NCBI GenBank assembly: GCA_965209055.1
Contig: OZ242374.1
Location: forward strand, 998,919-1,062,918
Reading direction: 5' to 3'
DNA: 64,000 bases
Origin: Acidobacteriota bacterium
GTDB lineage: Bacteria; Acidobacteriota; UBA6911; RPQK01; JAJDTT01
Of this stretch, positions 56,141 through 64,000 are shown one piece after another. Position 1 is the first letter of the stretch. The number at the start of each line of letters is the position of its first letter. The notes under the pieces were generated by a model. The model ran no database searches. It was not told the origin of the DNA and was given only the letters and a program-made list of their open reading frames with translations. Made by a program: the position numbers and the translations under genes.

Positions 56141-58786
56141 TTGATCAACCTCCCCAAGACCTACGAGCCGAAGCGAGTCGAACGGAAGTGGTACACCCTC
56201 TGGGAAGAGAGAGGCTACTTCAAGGGACGCACCGATTCCGGAAAGCCGGCCTACAGCATCGTGATCCCTCCTCCCAACGTCACCGGCTCCCTGCACATGG
56301 GACACGCCCTCAACTGCACTCTCCAGGACGTCTTGACCCGGTGGAAGCGAATGAAGGGCTTCAACACCCTGTGGCTGCCGGGCACGGACCATGCGGGAAT
56401 CGCCACCCAGAACGTGGTGGAACGCCAGTTGGCGGAGGAGGGAAAGACCCGTTCGGACCTGGGCCGGACCGCCTTCGAAGAACGGGTCTGGGAGTGGAAG
56501 AAGATTGCGGAAGACAACATTCTCTCCCAGATCCGCAAGCTGGGATGCTCCTGCGACTGGAGCCGCCAGAGGTTCACCTTGGACGAAGGCCTGTCCCGGG
56601 CCGTGAGAGAGGTCTTCGTGCGCCTCTACGAAGAGGGCCTCATCTACAAGGGGGAGTACCTGGTCAACTGGTGTCCCCGCTGCCGGACCGCCATCTCGGA
56701 CCTTGAGGTGGAGTTCGCTCCCACGCGGGGCCACCTGTGGCATATCCGTTATCCGGTCAAGGGTTCGGACGAGTGTCTGGTGGTGGCCACCACTCGCCCC
56801 GAGACCATGTTGGGAGACACCGCCGTCGCGGTTCATCCCGATGACGGACGCTACCACCATGTTCGCGGCCGAACCGTCGTTCTGCCCTTGATGGACCGGG
56901 AAATCCCCATCATCGAGGACACCTTCGTGGACCGCGAATTCGGAACCGGAGCCGTGAAGGTCACCCCGGGGCATGACCCCAACGATTTCGAAGCGGGCCG
57001 GCGCCACCAACTGCCCATCGTGAAGGTGATCGACGAGGACGGCCGGATGACGGCCGACGCGGGAGCATTCGCCGGACTGGACCGCTACCAGGCCCGGCGG
57101 CAGGTTGCCGCCGAGTTGGAACGCCTGGGCTTGCTGGAGATGGTCGAGAAACACGATCACAACGTGGGACGGTGCCAGAGATGCCCGTCGGTGGTGGAGC
57201 CTCTGGTTTCGACGCAGTGGTTCGTCAGGGTAAAGCCGCTGGCCCAGACCGCTCTCCAGGCAGTGGAGGAGGGTTCGACCGTCTTCGTCCCCGGCAACTA
57301 CACGAAGATCTTTTCCGATTGGATGACCAACATCCACGACTGGTGCATCAGCCGGCAGTTGTGGTGGGGACACCGCATCCCCGCCTGGACCTGCGAGGAT
57401 TGCGACCACTCGACCGTGGCTCGAACCGAGCCCGAGGCCTGCTCCCGCTGCGGCAGTGCCCGCCAGGTCCAGGAATCGGATGTCCTGGACACCTGGTTCA
57501 GTTCCGGCCTCTGGCCCTTCTCCACTCTGGGATGGCCGGACCGGACGCGGGACCTGGAGACCTTCTATCCCACCAGCACTCTGGTCACGGGATTCGACAT
57601 CATCTTCTTCTGGGTCGCCCGCATGATGATGCTGGGCCTCCGCTTCCGCGGCGACGTGCCGTTTCGGAGAGTGCTCATCACCGGACTGGTCCGCGACCAG
57701 CATGGACAGAAGATGTCCAAGTCCAAGGGAAACATCATCGACCCTCTTGAGGTCATCGAAGAGTACGGATGTGACGCCGTCCGCTTCACATTGGCGGTTT
57801 CAGCCGCACCCGGAGCCGACATCCCCTTCTCCATCCGCCGGATGGCCGGCTACCGGGCCTTCTGCAACAAGATCTGGAACGGCGCCCGCTATCTGCTTTT
57901 GAACCTGGATCAGGGACTGACCGCCGATGAGGAGGAGATCGGCAGGCTTTGGGAGCAGGGTTCCCTGCGGCTGGAGGACCGCTGGATTCTGGGCCGGCTC
58001 CAGCAGATCAACCAGGACACGGAAAGGAACCTGGAGCGGTTCTTCATTCACAGCGCCAGCAATGATCTCTACCATTTCTTCTGGCATGAGTTCTGCGACT
58101 GGTACGTCGAACTGATCAAAGGGCGAATCAGCGGCGGCGACACCGTTGCCGCCCAGGTCGCCGCCCATGTTCTGGAACGCTCCCTCCGCCTGCTTCATCC
58201 CTTCGTGCCCTTCCTGACGGAGGAGCTTTGGCAGCGGCTTCCGCATGCGGGCGAAACCATCATGCTGGCCCCGTTTCCCGAGCCCCGGCCGGGATGGATC
58301 GACCAGGACCACATCGACCGCATGACCCAACTCCAGGAGTTGATCACGGCGCTGCGAACGGCCCGCGCCGAGAACAACATCGACCCCAGGAGGCGCCTTC
58401 CCGCCGAGTTCACCTGTTCGTTTCCGGTCCGCGATTTCCTGGAGTCGCAGAGCCACCACCTGAAGAATCTGGCCCGACTGAGCGAGATCGAGTTCCGGGA
58501 CGGGCTGAGCCGGGAGGGACTGCGCATCACCGGCGTGGCCAACACGACCCAGTTCGCCCTGCGGCTGGACGAGGCCATCGATCTGGCCGCGGAGAAAGAC
58601 CGGCTGCAACGGCAGATCGGACGGCTGGAGGAAGACCGGAGCCGGCTCGACCGCAAACTGGACAACGAAAATTTCGTTCGAAAGGCTCCGGCCCACATCG
58701 TGGACGGCGCGCGCCGGCGCCGCCAGGAGGTCGGGACGAAGCTGAAACGGCTTCAGGACATGCTCCATGGACTTCCTGAGCCTTGA
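56141..58786 (+). CDS. valS: valine--tRNA ligase
   Basis: 881 aa (TTG start). [13 protein letters not shown] (HIGH), KMSKSKGN (KMSKS), C-terminal coiled coil. Confidence 0.97.
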   Translation: MINLPKTYEPKRVERKWYTLWEERGYFKGRTDSGKPAYSIVIPPPNVTGSLHMGHALNCTLQDVLTRWKRMKGFNTLWLPGTDHAGIATQNVVERQLAEEGKTRSDLGRTAFEERVWEWKKIAEDNILSQIRKLGCSCDWSRQRFTLDEGLSRAVREVFVRLYEEGLIYKGEYLVNWCPRCRTAISDLEVEFAPTRGHLWHIRYPVKGSDECLVVATTRPETMLGDTAVAVHPDDGRYHHVRGRTVVLPLMDREIPIIEDTFVDREFGTGAVKVTPGHDPNDFEAGRRHQLPIVKVIDEDGRMTADAGAFAGLDRYQARRQVAAELERLGLLEMVEKHDHNVGRCQRCPSVVEPLVSTQWFVRVKPLAQTALQAVEEGSTVFVPGNYTKIFSDWMTNIHDWCISRQLWWGHRIPAWTCEDCDHSTVARTEPEACSRCGSARQVQESDVLDTWFSSGLWPFSTLGWPDRTRDLETFYPTSTLVTGFDIIFFWVARMMMLGLRFRGDVPFRRVLITGLVRDQHGQKMSKSKGNIIDPLEVIEEYGCDAVRFTLAVSAAPGADIPFSIRRMAGYRAFCNKIWNGARYLLLNLDQGLTADEEEIGRLWEQGSLRLEDRWILGRLQQINQDTERNLERFFIHSASNDLYHFFWHEFCDWYVELIKGRISGGDTVAAQVAAHVLERSLRLLHPFVPFLTEELWQRLPHAGETIMLAPFPEPRPGWIDQDHIDRMTQLQELITALRTARAENNIDPRRRLPAEFTCSFPVRDFLESQSHHLKNLARLSEIEFRDGLSREGLRITGVANTTQFALRLDEAIDLAAEKDRLQRQIGRLEEDRSRLDRKLDNENFVRKAPAHIVDGARRRRQEVGTKLKRLQDMLHGLPEP

Positions 58787-59615
58787 TCCCCTGCTTCGCC
58801 AAGCCCTCCAAGAGGACCTGGGACGAGGAGACATTACGACCGAGGCCATACTGCAGGCCAACCCCCGTGCCGATGGGGTCGGGACGGCCCGGGTTCTGGC
58901 TCGGCAGCGAATGATTCTGGCGGGATGGCCGGTCTTTCTCCGGGTTTTTCGCCTGCTGGGCCCGGTCACCGGCCAGGCCCGGTACGACGAAGGGGATTGG
59001 GTCGAGCCGGGCTGCCTGGGAACCCTGGAGGGGCCCGTTTCGACCCTCCTGCAGGCCGAGAGAGTCGCCTTGAATTTCCTCCAGCGGCTCTGCGGGATCG
59101 CCACCCGGACCCGCGGCTGCGTGGACCGGGTCGGTTCCAGCCGTGTCCGCGTCCTGGACACTCGGAAGACGACGCCACTCTGGCGCAACCTGGAGAAATA
59201 TGCGGTCAGAATGGGGGGCGGTCAGAACCACCGGATGGGTTTGGATGACGGCGTACTCATCAAGGAGAACCACATCGCCGCCGCCGGGGGCGTCCGGGCG
59301 GCCGTCGAGGCGTGCCGGGAGCGCTCCGGACATCTGCAGCAGATCCGGGTGGAGGTCACCAACCAGCAAGAACTGGCCGCGGCTCTGGACGCGGGAGCGG
59401 ACGCCGTCCTGCTGGACAACATGACGGTGGAGCAGGTCCGGCGGTCCGTCGCCGCCTGCGCCGGCCGGTGCCTGGTGGAGGCCTCGGGGGGCATCACCCG
59501 CCGGAACCTTCAAGCTTACGCCGAGACCGGCGTCGACTTCATTTCCATGGGCTCCCTGACCCACTCCGTCGCCTCCAGCGACATCAGCCTGATGCTGGAT
59601 GTTGGCGGACCCTGA
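58767..59615 (+). CDS. nadC: nicotinate-nucleotide diphosphorylase (carboxylating)
   Basis: 282 aa. [20 protein letters not shown], [18 protein letters not shown], DNM...SGGI motifs. Confidence 0.92.
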   Translation: MDFLSLDPLLRQALQEDLGRGDITTEAILQANPRADGVGTARVLARQRMILAGWPVFLRVFRLLGPVTGQARYDEGDWVEPGCLGTLEGPVSTLLQAERVALNFLQRLCGIATRTRGCVDRVGSSRVRVLDTRKTTPLWRNLEKYAVRMGGGQNHRMGLDDGVLIKENHIAAAGGVRAAVEACRERSGHLQQIRVEVTNQQELAAALDAGADAVLLDNMTVEQVRRSVAACAGRCLVEASGGITRRNLQAYAETGVDFISMGSLTHSVASSDISLMLDVGGP

Positions 59616-59623
59616 GTTCGAAG

Positions 59624-60232
59624 ATGCGTTTCAGGCAGTTGGACTACATGGCCAGAGTCGACTCGACCAGCGACTACCTGAAGCCGTTCATCGAATCGGG
59701 GAAGGCCCGAATGGCCGTCGCCGAAGAGCAGACCGGAGGACGCGGACGCTTTGGACGATCCTGGCATTCCCCCGCAGGCATGGGACTCTACGCGTCCTAT
59801 CTCTGCTTTCCCGCCTCCGAGATTCGCCAGGCGGAGGACCTGACCCGGGCCGCGGCTCTGGGTGTGGTTCGAGCCATTGGCGCCTGGAGCGGAACGGGGG
59901 CGCCGCTGCGCATCAAGCTGCCCAACGACGTCCTGTTGAAAGGCAGGAAATGCGCCGGCATTCTCATCGAGATGGGGACCCAGACGGATCGAATCCAGTG
60001 GGCCATCATCGGCATCGGAGTCAACCTCTTTCATCGGTCGTTCCCCGACGAATTGGCCTCCACGGCCACCTCCCTGTCTCTGGAGGGAATACGCGTCCCG
60101 AATCTGATGACTTTCTTTCGGGAGCTGACGCGCCAACTGGAGCGGACCCTGTCGAGCCTGGAACAGGGTCACCGGCGTCAACTCACGGTGGCTTTCCAGG
60201 AATACATCCTGGCCGGCGGGGGCAACGAATGA
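59624..60232 (+). CDS. birA: biotin--[acetyl-CoA-carboxylase] ligase, short form (catalytic core only)
   Basis: 202 aa from ATG 59624. QTGGRGRFGRSWHSPAG (GRGRxGRxW) and KLPNDVLLKGRKCAGILIE motifs. No N-terminal HTH, and it ends before the usual C-terminal SH3-like domain. Confidence 0.8.
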   Translation: MRFRQLDYMARVDSTSDYLKPFIESGKARMAVAEEQTGGRGRFGRSWHSPAGMGLYASYLCFPASEIRQAEDLTRAAALGVVRAIGAWSGTGAPLRIKLPNDVLLKGRKCAGILIEMGTQTDRIQWAIIGIGVNLFHRSFPDELASTATSLSLEGIRVPNLMTFFRELTRQLERTLSSLEQGHRRQLTVAFQEYILAGGGNE

Positions 60233-61170
60233 TGAACCCCTCAACGCCGAAAGAACGGCCCGGTTATTTCGAACGCCTGAAAAGTGCGCTTCAGGCGACC
60301 CGCCGGGAACTGAGCCGCAGGATCGACGAATTGCTGGGACCCCGGGAGAGCCCCATCTCCCCGGATCAACTGGAGGAGCTGGAGTATCTTCTCATCGGGG
60401 CCGACCTGGGTGTCGAGACCAGCGAAAGCCTGGTGGCGAAGATCCGTCAAAGCAGCCGGGGAAAACGGCCCATCAGTTCCGGGCAGGCGCGCAAACTCCT
60501 GGCTTCCGAGCTCCTCGAACTGTTCGAGGTTCCCGGTTGGCAGGAAGAATGGGCCGCCAGACCGCATGTGGTCCTGGTGGTGGGAGTCAACGGTGTGGGC
60601 AAGACCACGACCATCGGCAAACTGGCCCACCGTTACGCCCGGGCCGGCAGGAGCGCCATCGTCGCGGCGTCGGACACGTTTCGCGCCGCCGCCGTGGAAC
60701 AGTTGAGCGTCTGGTGCCGCCGCAGCGGGGCCGATCTTGTCATGCAGCGGGGCGGGACCGATCCCGCGGCGGTCTTGCATGACGCCTTGCAGGCGGCGAA
60801 GGCCCGCAACAAGGACGTCCTCCTCGCCGACACGGCCGGCCGGCTGCACACCAAGCGGAATCTGATGGAAGAGGTCAAGAAAATGGCCCGGGTCGCAGGC
60901 CGGCTGGTCCCCGGCGCGCCCCATGACGTCTACCTGGTTCTGGACGCGACGACGGGACAGAACGGTCTCATCCAGGCTCGGGAGTTCTTGACCGCCCTCG
61001 GCGTCACCGGAATCGTCGTCACCAAGCTGGACGGCACCGCAAAAGGGGGGATCGTCGCGGCGATCGCCAGTCAACTGAAGATCCCCATCCGTTTCGTCGG
61101 CACGGGAGAAGGGCTGGAGGACCTGGCGCCCTTCGATCGTCAGACCTTCGTGGACTCCATCCTCACCTGA
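60229..61170 (+). CDS. ftsY: signal recognition particle receptor FtsY (short, NG-domain form)
   Basis: 313 aa. The ATG overlaps the birA TGA. GVNGVGKTTTIGKLA, DTAGRLH and TKLDGTAKGG motifs. Confidence 0.92.
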   Translation: MMNPSTPKERPGYFERLKSALQATRRELSRRIDELLGPRESPISPDQLEELEYLLIGADLGVETSESLVAKIRQSSRGKRPISSGQARKLLASELLELFEVPGWQEEWAARPHVVLVVGVNGVGKTTTIGKLAHRYARAGRSAIVAASDTFRAAAVEQLSVWCRRSGADLVMQRGGTDPAAVLHDALQAAKARNKDVLLADTAGRLHTKRNLMEEVKKMARVAGRLVPGAPHDVYLVLDATTGQNGLIQAREFLTALGVTGIVVTKLDGTAKGGIVAAIASQLKIPIRFVGTGEGLEDLAPFDRQTFVDSILT

Positions 61171-62323
61171 ACACCGGCGCCACGGCCGCCTGCATGGCCG
61201 CCGTGATGCCGGTCCCCAGTTTGACGGGAGCGCCCAGTTCCAGAAGACAGATCTCGATGGCCGAAATCACCGCGAAGACATCCACCAGATCGAAATAGCC
61301 CAAGTGTCCGATACGGATGATCTTCCCCTTCAGCACGCCCTGCCCGCCCGCCACGACGATCCCGAAGCGCTCCTGAAGATTCTGGATCAGCCTGGCCGCG
61401 TCGATCCCGGGAGGCGGAAAGCATGCCGTCAAGGCGTTGGCCGGCGCGGAGGAGAGTTGCCTGAAACCGAGGGCTTCCAATCCTCTCCGCGTGCAACGCG
61501 CCCGGACCTCGACCTGCTCCAGAATCCGGTCCAGGCCCTGATCGACCATTTCCCGGCTCGTCCGGTTCAAGGCCTGCACCAGGGCCACGGCGGGGGTCAG
61601 TCCCGTCTGTCCCCGGCGCTGCCCGTTCACTTCCTTGAGGAGATCGAAATAGAACCGGGGTCCGGGACAAGCCCGGATGGTTTCCAAAGCCCTGGGGCTC
61701 AGAGACAAAAAGGACAGGCCGGGCGGAATCGCAAACGCCTTCTGGGCGCCGCCGATGACCACGTCCAGACCCCAGGCGTCCGTCTCCACCGGCTGACTCC
61801 CCAGAGCCGTAATCGCGTCCACCACCACCAGAACCCCGGGACAACGGCTGCGGACCGTCCGAGCGATGGATTCCAGGTCGTGGATGGTGGCCGTGGAACT
61901 CTCGCAGCCCTGGATCAACAGGGCACGGATATCCGGGTTGGCCTCCAGAGCCCGTTGGATCTCCAAGGCCGAGGCTGCTTCACCGTACGGTTTCTCCAGA
62001 ACGTCGCACGGAACGTTGAAGGCCCGGCAGATTTGGACCCAGCGATCACCGAACTTTCCGGCCGAGACGGCCAGGGCACGGGACTCGGAGGAGAGGAGGT
62101 TGTTCACCGCGGCTTCCATGGCTCCGGTTCCGGATGCGGTGAGGATGACGACGTCGTTCCTGGTCTTAAAAAGAGCCTGAAGGTGGGTTCGGGTCTCGAG
62201 CAGCAATTCCCGGAACTCGTCCTTGCGATGGTGGACCAGGGGACTGGCCATGGCCAATTGCGCAGACGGCGCGACCGGAGTCGGTCCTGGGGTGAATATC
62301 CGGGTTCGCCTCATGCGGCGCAT
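61163..62323 (-). CDS. class V PLP-dependent aminotransferase (alanine-glyoxylate / serine-pyruvate aminotransferase family)
   Basis: 386 aa. FTPGPTPV start, SGTGAMEAA, GAQKAFAIPPG (PLP-lysine region). The true start may be the second ATG (62314), because the first ATG lies inside a TGATATTAT extended -10-like element. Confidence 0.85.
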   Translation of the reverse strand: MRRMRRTRIFTPGPTPVAPSAQLAMASPLVHHRKDEFRELLLETRTHLQALFKTRNDVVILTASGTGAMEAAVNNLLSSESRALAVSAGKFGDRWVQICRAFNVPCDVLEKPYGEAASALEIQRALEANPDIRALLIQGCESSTATIHDLESIARTVRSRCPGVLVVVDAITALGSQPVETDAWGLDVVIGGAQKAFAIPPGLSFLSLSPRALETIRACPGPRFYFDLLKEVNGQRRGQTGLTPAVALVQALNRTSREMVDQGLDRILEQVEVRARCTRRGLEALGFRQLSSAPANALTACFPPPGIDAARLIQNLQERFGIVVAGGQGVLKGKIIRIGHLGYFDLVDVFAVISAIEICLLELGAPVKLGTGITAAMQAAVAPVFR

Positions 62324-62388
62324 AATATCACGGCGCCAAACCCGGACTCCGGGAAAGAGAGTGGGTCAAATCAGTCGATTACCCGCCT

Positions 62389-63351
62389 TCAGGCTGAAAT
62401 GGCGACCGAGCCGGATCGCAACAGCGAGAGCCGGGGAGCGGCGTCGCATCCCGCCCGGATCCCCACCCAACCGGGCAGAATCCCGGCGAAGACGTTGCGA
62501 AAGTCCACCGTGTGAACCAGGTCTCCGGACGGCGTCAACTCATGGGGAGACAGGCCCGGGTGGCGCCCGTGAAGCCCCGCGAAGACCCTCTTTCCCACGA
62601 TGAATACGGGATTGGCGGTTCCGTGGTCGGTGCCGAAAGTCTCATTCTCCGCCAGACGCCGTCCGAACTCGCTGAAGATCACGACGACCACATGCTCGTC
62701 CCGGCCTCGGCGGGTCAGGTCGTCCAGGAAGCCGGTGACGGCCGCGGAGAGCATGGAGAGGAGCCGGGCATGGATCCCCCGGGTCGGATTCCCCGGGACA
62801 ACCTGAAAGGCATGGGTGTCGAAGCCGCCCATGGACGTGTAGAACACCCGCACTCCCGTCCCGGCTGCGATGCACCGGGCGATGACCGCCAGATTGGCCC
62901 CAAGAGCTCCGTCCGTCACCCGCATTCCAAGTTCCGGCAGGCATCGGCGGTCCGGACTGTCCCCTTCCGCCGCCGTTCCCACCCGCGCCGTATGCCAGAT
63001 CTTTCTGGACCGAAAATGGGATCGATTCGGATCGGGATAGCCCACTCCCTGAACCAGAGCCACATTTCCCCCGTCGAACAGCCTTTTGAACCCGTCCAGG
63101 GAGGGATGGAATCCGACGGTGTCGTCCAGCTTCAGGACGTCCGCGGGAGAAATGGCCAGATGCGGACGCTGCCGGTAGTAATCCTCCAGGCCATGCGGGA
63201 CCACCGTGTTGAGGCCATCGCAGCCTCCAGCCAATTCGATGAACACCGACACCGGCCGCGGGTCGATACTCCCCGCCGGCGAACGCATGCCGGCGGCCAG
63301 AGAGACGCCGGAAACCAGGCACGACTTCCGGAGAAACTCTCGCCGTTTCAC
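62389..63351 (-). CDS. DUF1501-domain protein (sulfatase-like fold), Tat signal
   Basis: 320 aa (GTG start). Twin-arginine MKRREFLRKS, GGCDGLNTVVP, GYPDPNRSHFRS, FSEFGRR..EN...GTDHGTANPVF. Shorter than the 400+ aa I expect for this family. Confidence 0.75.
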   Translation of the reverse strand: MKRREFLRKSCLVSGVSLAAGMRSPAGSIDPRPVSVFIELAGGCDGLNTVVPHGLEDYYRQRPHLAISPADVLKLDDTVGFHPSLDGFKRLFDGGNVALVQGVGYPDPNRSHFRSRKIWHTARVGTAAEGDSPDRRCLPELGMRVTDGALGANLAVIARCIAAGTGVRVFYTSMGGFDTHAFQVVPGNPTRGIHARLLSMLSAAVTGFLDDLTRRGRDEHVVVVIFSEFGRRLAENETFGTDHGTANPVFIVGKRVFAGLHGRHPGLSPHELTPSGDLVHTVDFRNVFAGILPGWVGIRAGCDAAPRLSLLRSGSVAISA

Positions 63352-63475
63352 CTGATCCTCCGGTGTTTTCCAGCCTTGGGAGTTCGCCGCATCCCGTGGA
63401 GACTTTCGACGCAGCTTCCTATACTACAGCACGAACAGTCGGCGATTCGGCCGAAGTGGCGACGGGGGTGGCATC

Positions 63476-64000
63476 TTGCGACTGAGACACGCGATCTGCA
63501 GTGAGATCTTTGGGGGACAGGACCTGGCCCAAACCTGCCGGACGGTCCACGCACTCGGCTATCGGGGCCTGGAGGTGGCTCCGTTCACGCTGGCCGACTC
63601 GGTGGATGAGATCCCGCCCCGGCAGCGGCGGCAGATTCGGGAGACCATCGAAGGAGAGGGAATGGTCTGCTCGGGGATCCACTGGCTCCTGGTCAAGCCC
63701 AAGGGGCTGCATCTGACGACTCGGGACCGGACCCTGAGGGACAAGAGTTGGTCCTATCTCTCGCGCCTCATCGACTTCTGCGGTGACCTGGGCGGACATC
63801 TCATGATCCTCGGCTCGCCCCATCAGCGGAGCACTCGGGACGGAATGACGGCCCGGGAAGCACTGGGCCGGCTCGCCGAGGGTCTGGCCGAGCTGGCCCC
63901 CTCGGCGCGCGATCGGGAGGTGACGCTCCTGATGGAGGCCGTTTCGAGCGAGGAGACGGATGTGGTCTCCACTCTGGCGGAGGCGGTCGAAGTGGTGGAC
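63476..64000 (+). CDS. sugar phosphate isomerase/epimerase (xylose-isomerase-like TIM barrel), 3'-partial at window edge
   Basis: Not in the ORF track because there is no stop before the window end. My own translation from TTG 63476 reads (M)RLRHAICSEIFGGQDLAQTCRTVHALGYRGLEVAPFTL...GMVCSGIHWLL...LIDFCGDLGGHLMILGSP...VTLLMEAV. The frame is open from 63356 to 64000. Confidence 0.6.
   Translation, partial: MRLRHAICSEIFGGQDLAQTCRTVHALGYRGLEVAPFTLADSVDEIPPRQRRQIRETIEGEGMVCSGIHWLLVKPKGLHLTTRDRTLRDKSWSYLSRLIDFCGDLGGHLMILGSPHQRSTRDGMTAREALGRLAEGLAELAPSARDREVTLLMEAVSSEETDVVSTLAEAVEVVD

Overview
This is a GC-rich bacterial chromosomal segment (well above 60% G+C by eye, not computed). It is densely packed, with about 68 supportable CDS and many 1-20 nt start/stop overlaps. 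I recognised no rRNA, tRNA, CRISPR array, transposase or integrase. The content is mostly core housekeeping of a diderm bacterium (BamD, MlaEFD, LolA-like, MltD-like). The family mix (11-gene nuo, Cys-type CcmE, kinase-less PASTA protein, DUF1501) resembles Acidobacteriota or Deltaproteobacteria-like lineages, but that is inference only.

Gene order along the window:
- RsbW/STAS partner-switching pair
- uppS-cdsA-dxr-rseP (-)
- truA / yebC-ruvC
- grpE / clpB, divergent
- mltD-like
- uvrB-aroA-aroK (-)
- vapBC-uxs and higBA
- a 12.7 kb co-directional string, nuoABCDHIJKLMN-atpZ-atpI-atpB-atpE
- brnTA (-)
- ccmE-ccmF-(small ORF)-ccmA-nupC-ccmB-ccmC-ccmD
- dnaK
- a lipid/lipoprotein-trafficking block: DedA-like, lipoprotein, LolD-like ATPase, LolA-like, CDP-alcohol phosphatidyltransferase, mlaD/F/E
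- aroC-def-fmt-rsmB-(PASTA)-rpe-bamD
- valS-nadC-birA-ftsY
- aminotransferase, DUF1501, and a partial TIM-barrel isomerase

I did not find a convincing, wholly new multi-gene system such as a defence island. The observations most worth follow-up are:
1. A variant System I cytochrome c maturation cluster with a CxxxY CcmE, no CcmH, and a NupC-family transporter wedged between ccmA and ccmB.
2. A roughly 208-aa basic/acidic repeat extension on NuoC in a nuoEFG-less complex I cluster that runs straight into F0 a/c genes.
3. An array of three tandem 27-nt hairpin/palindrome units upstream of a kinase-less PASTA gene that occupies the PrkC position of the def-fmt-rsmB...rpe synteny.
4. A toxin gene (vapC) whose stop overlaps the start of a housekeeping uxs gene.

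All homology calls come from reading motifs in the supplied translations. No database search was run.
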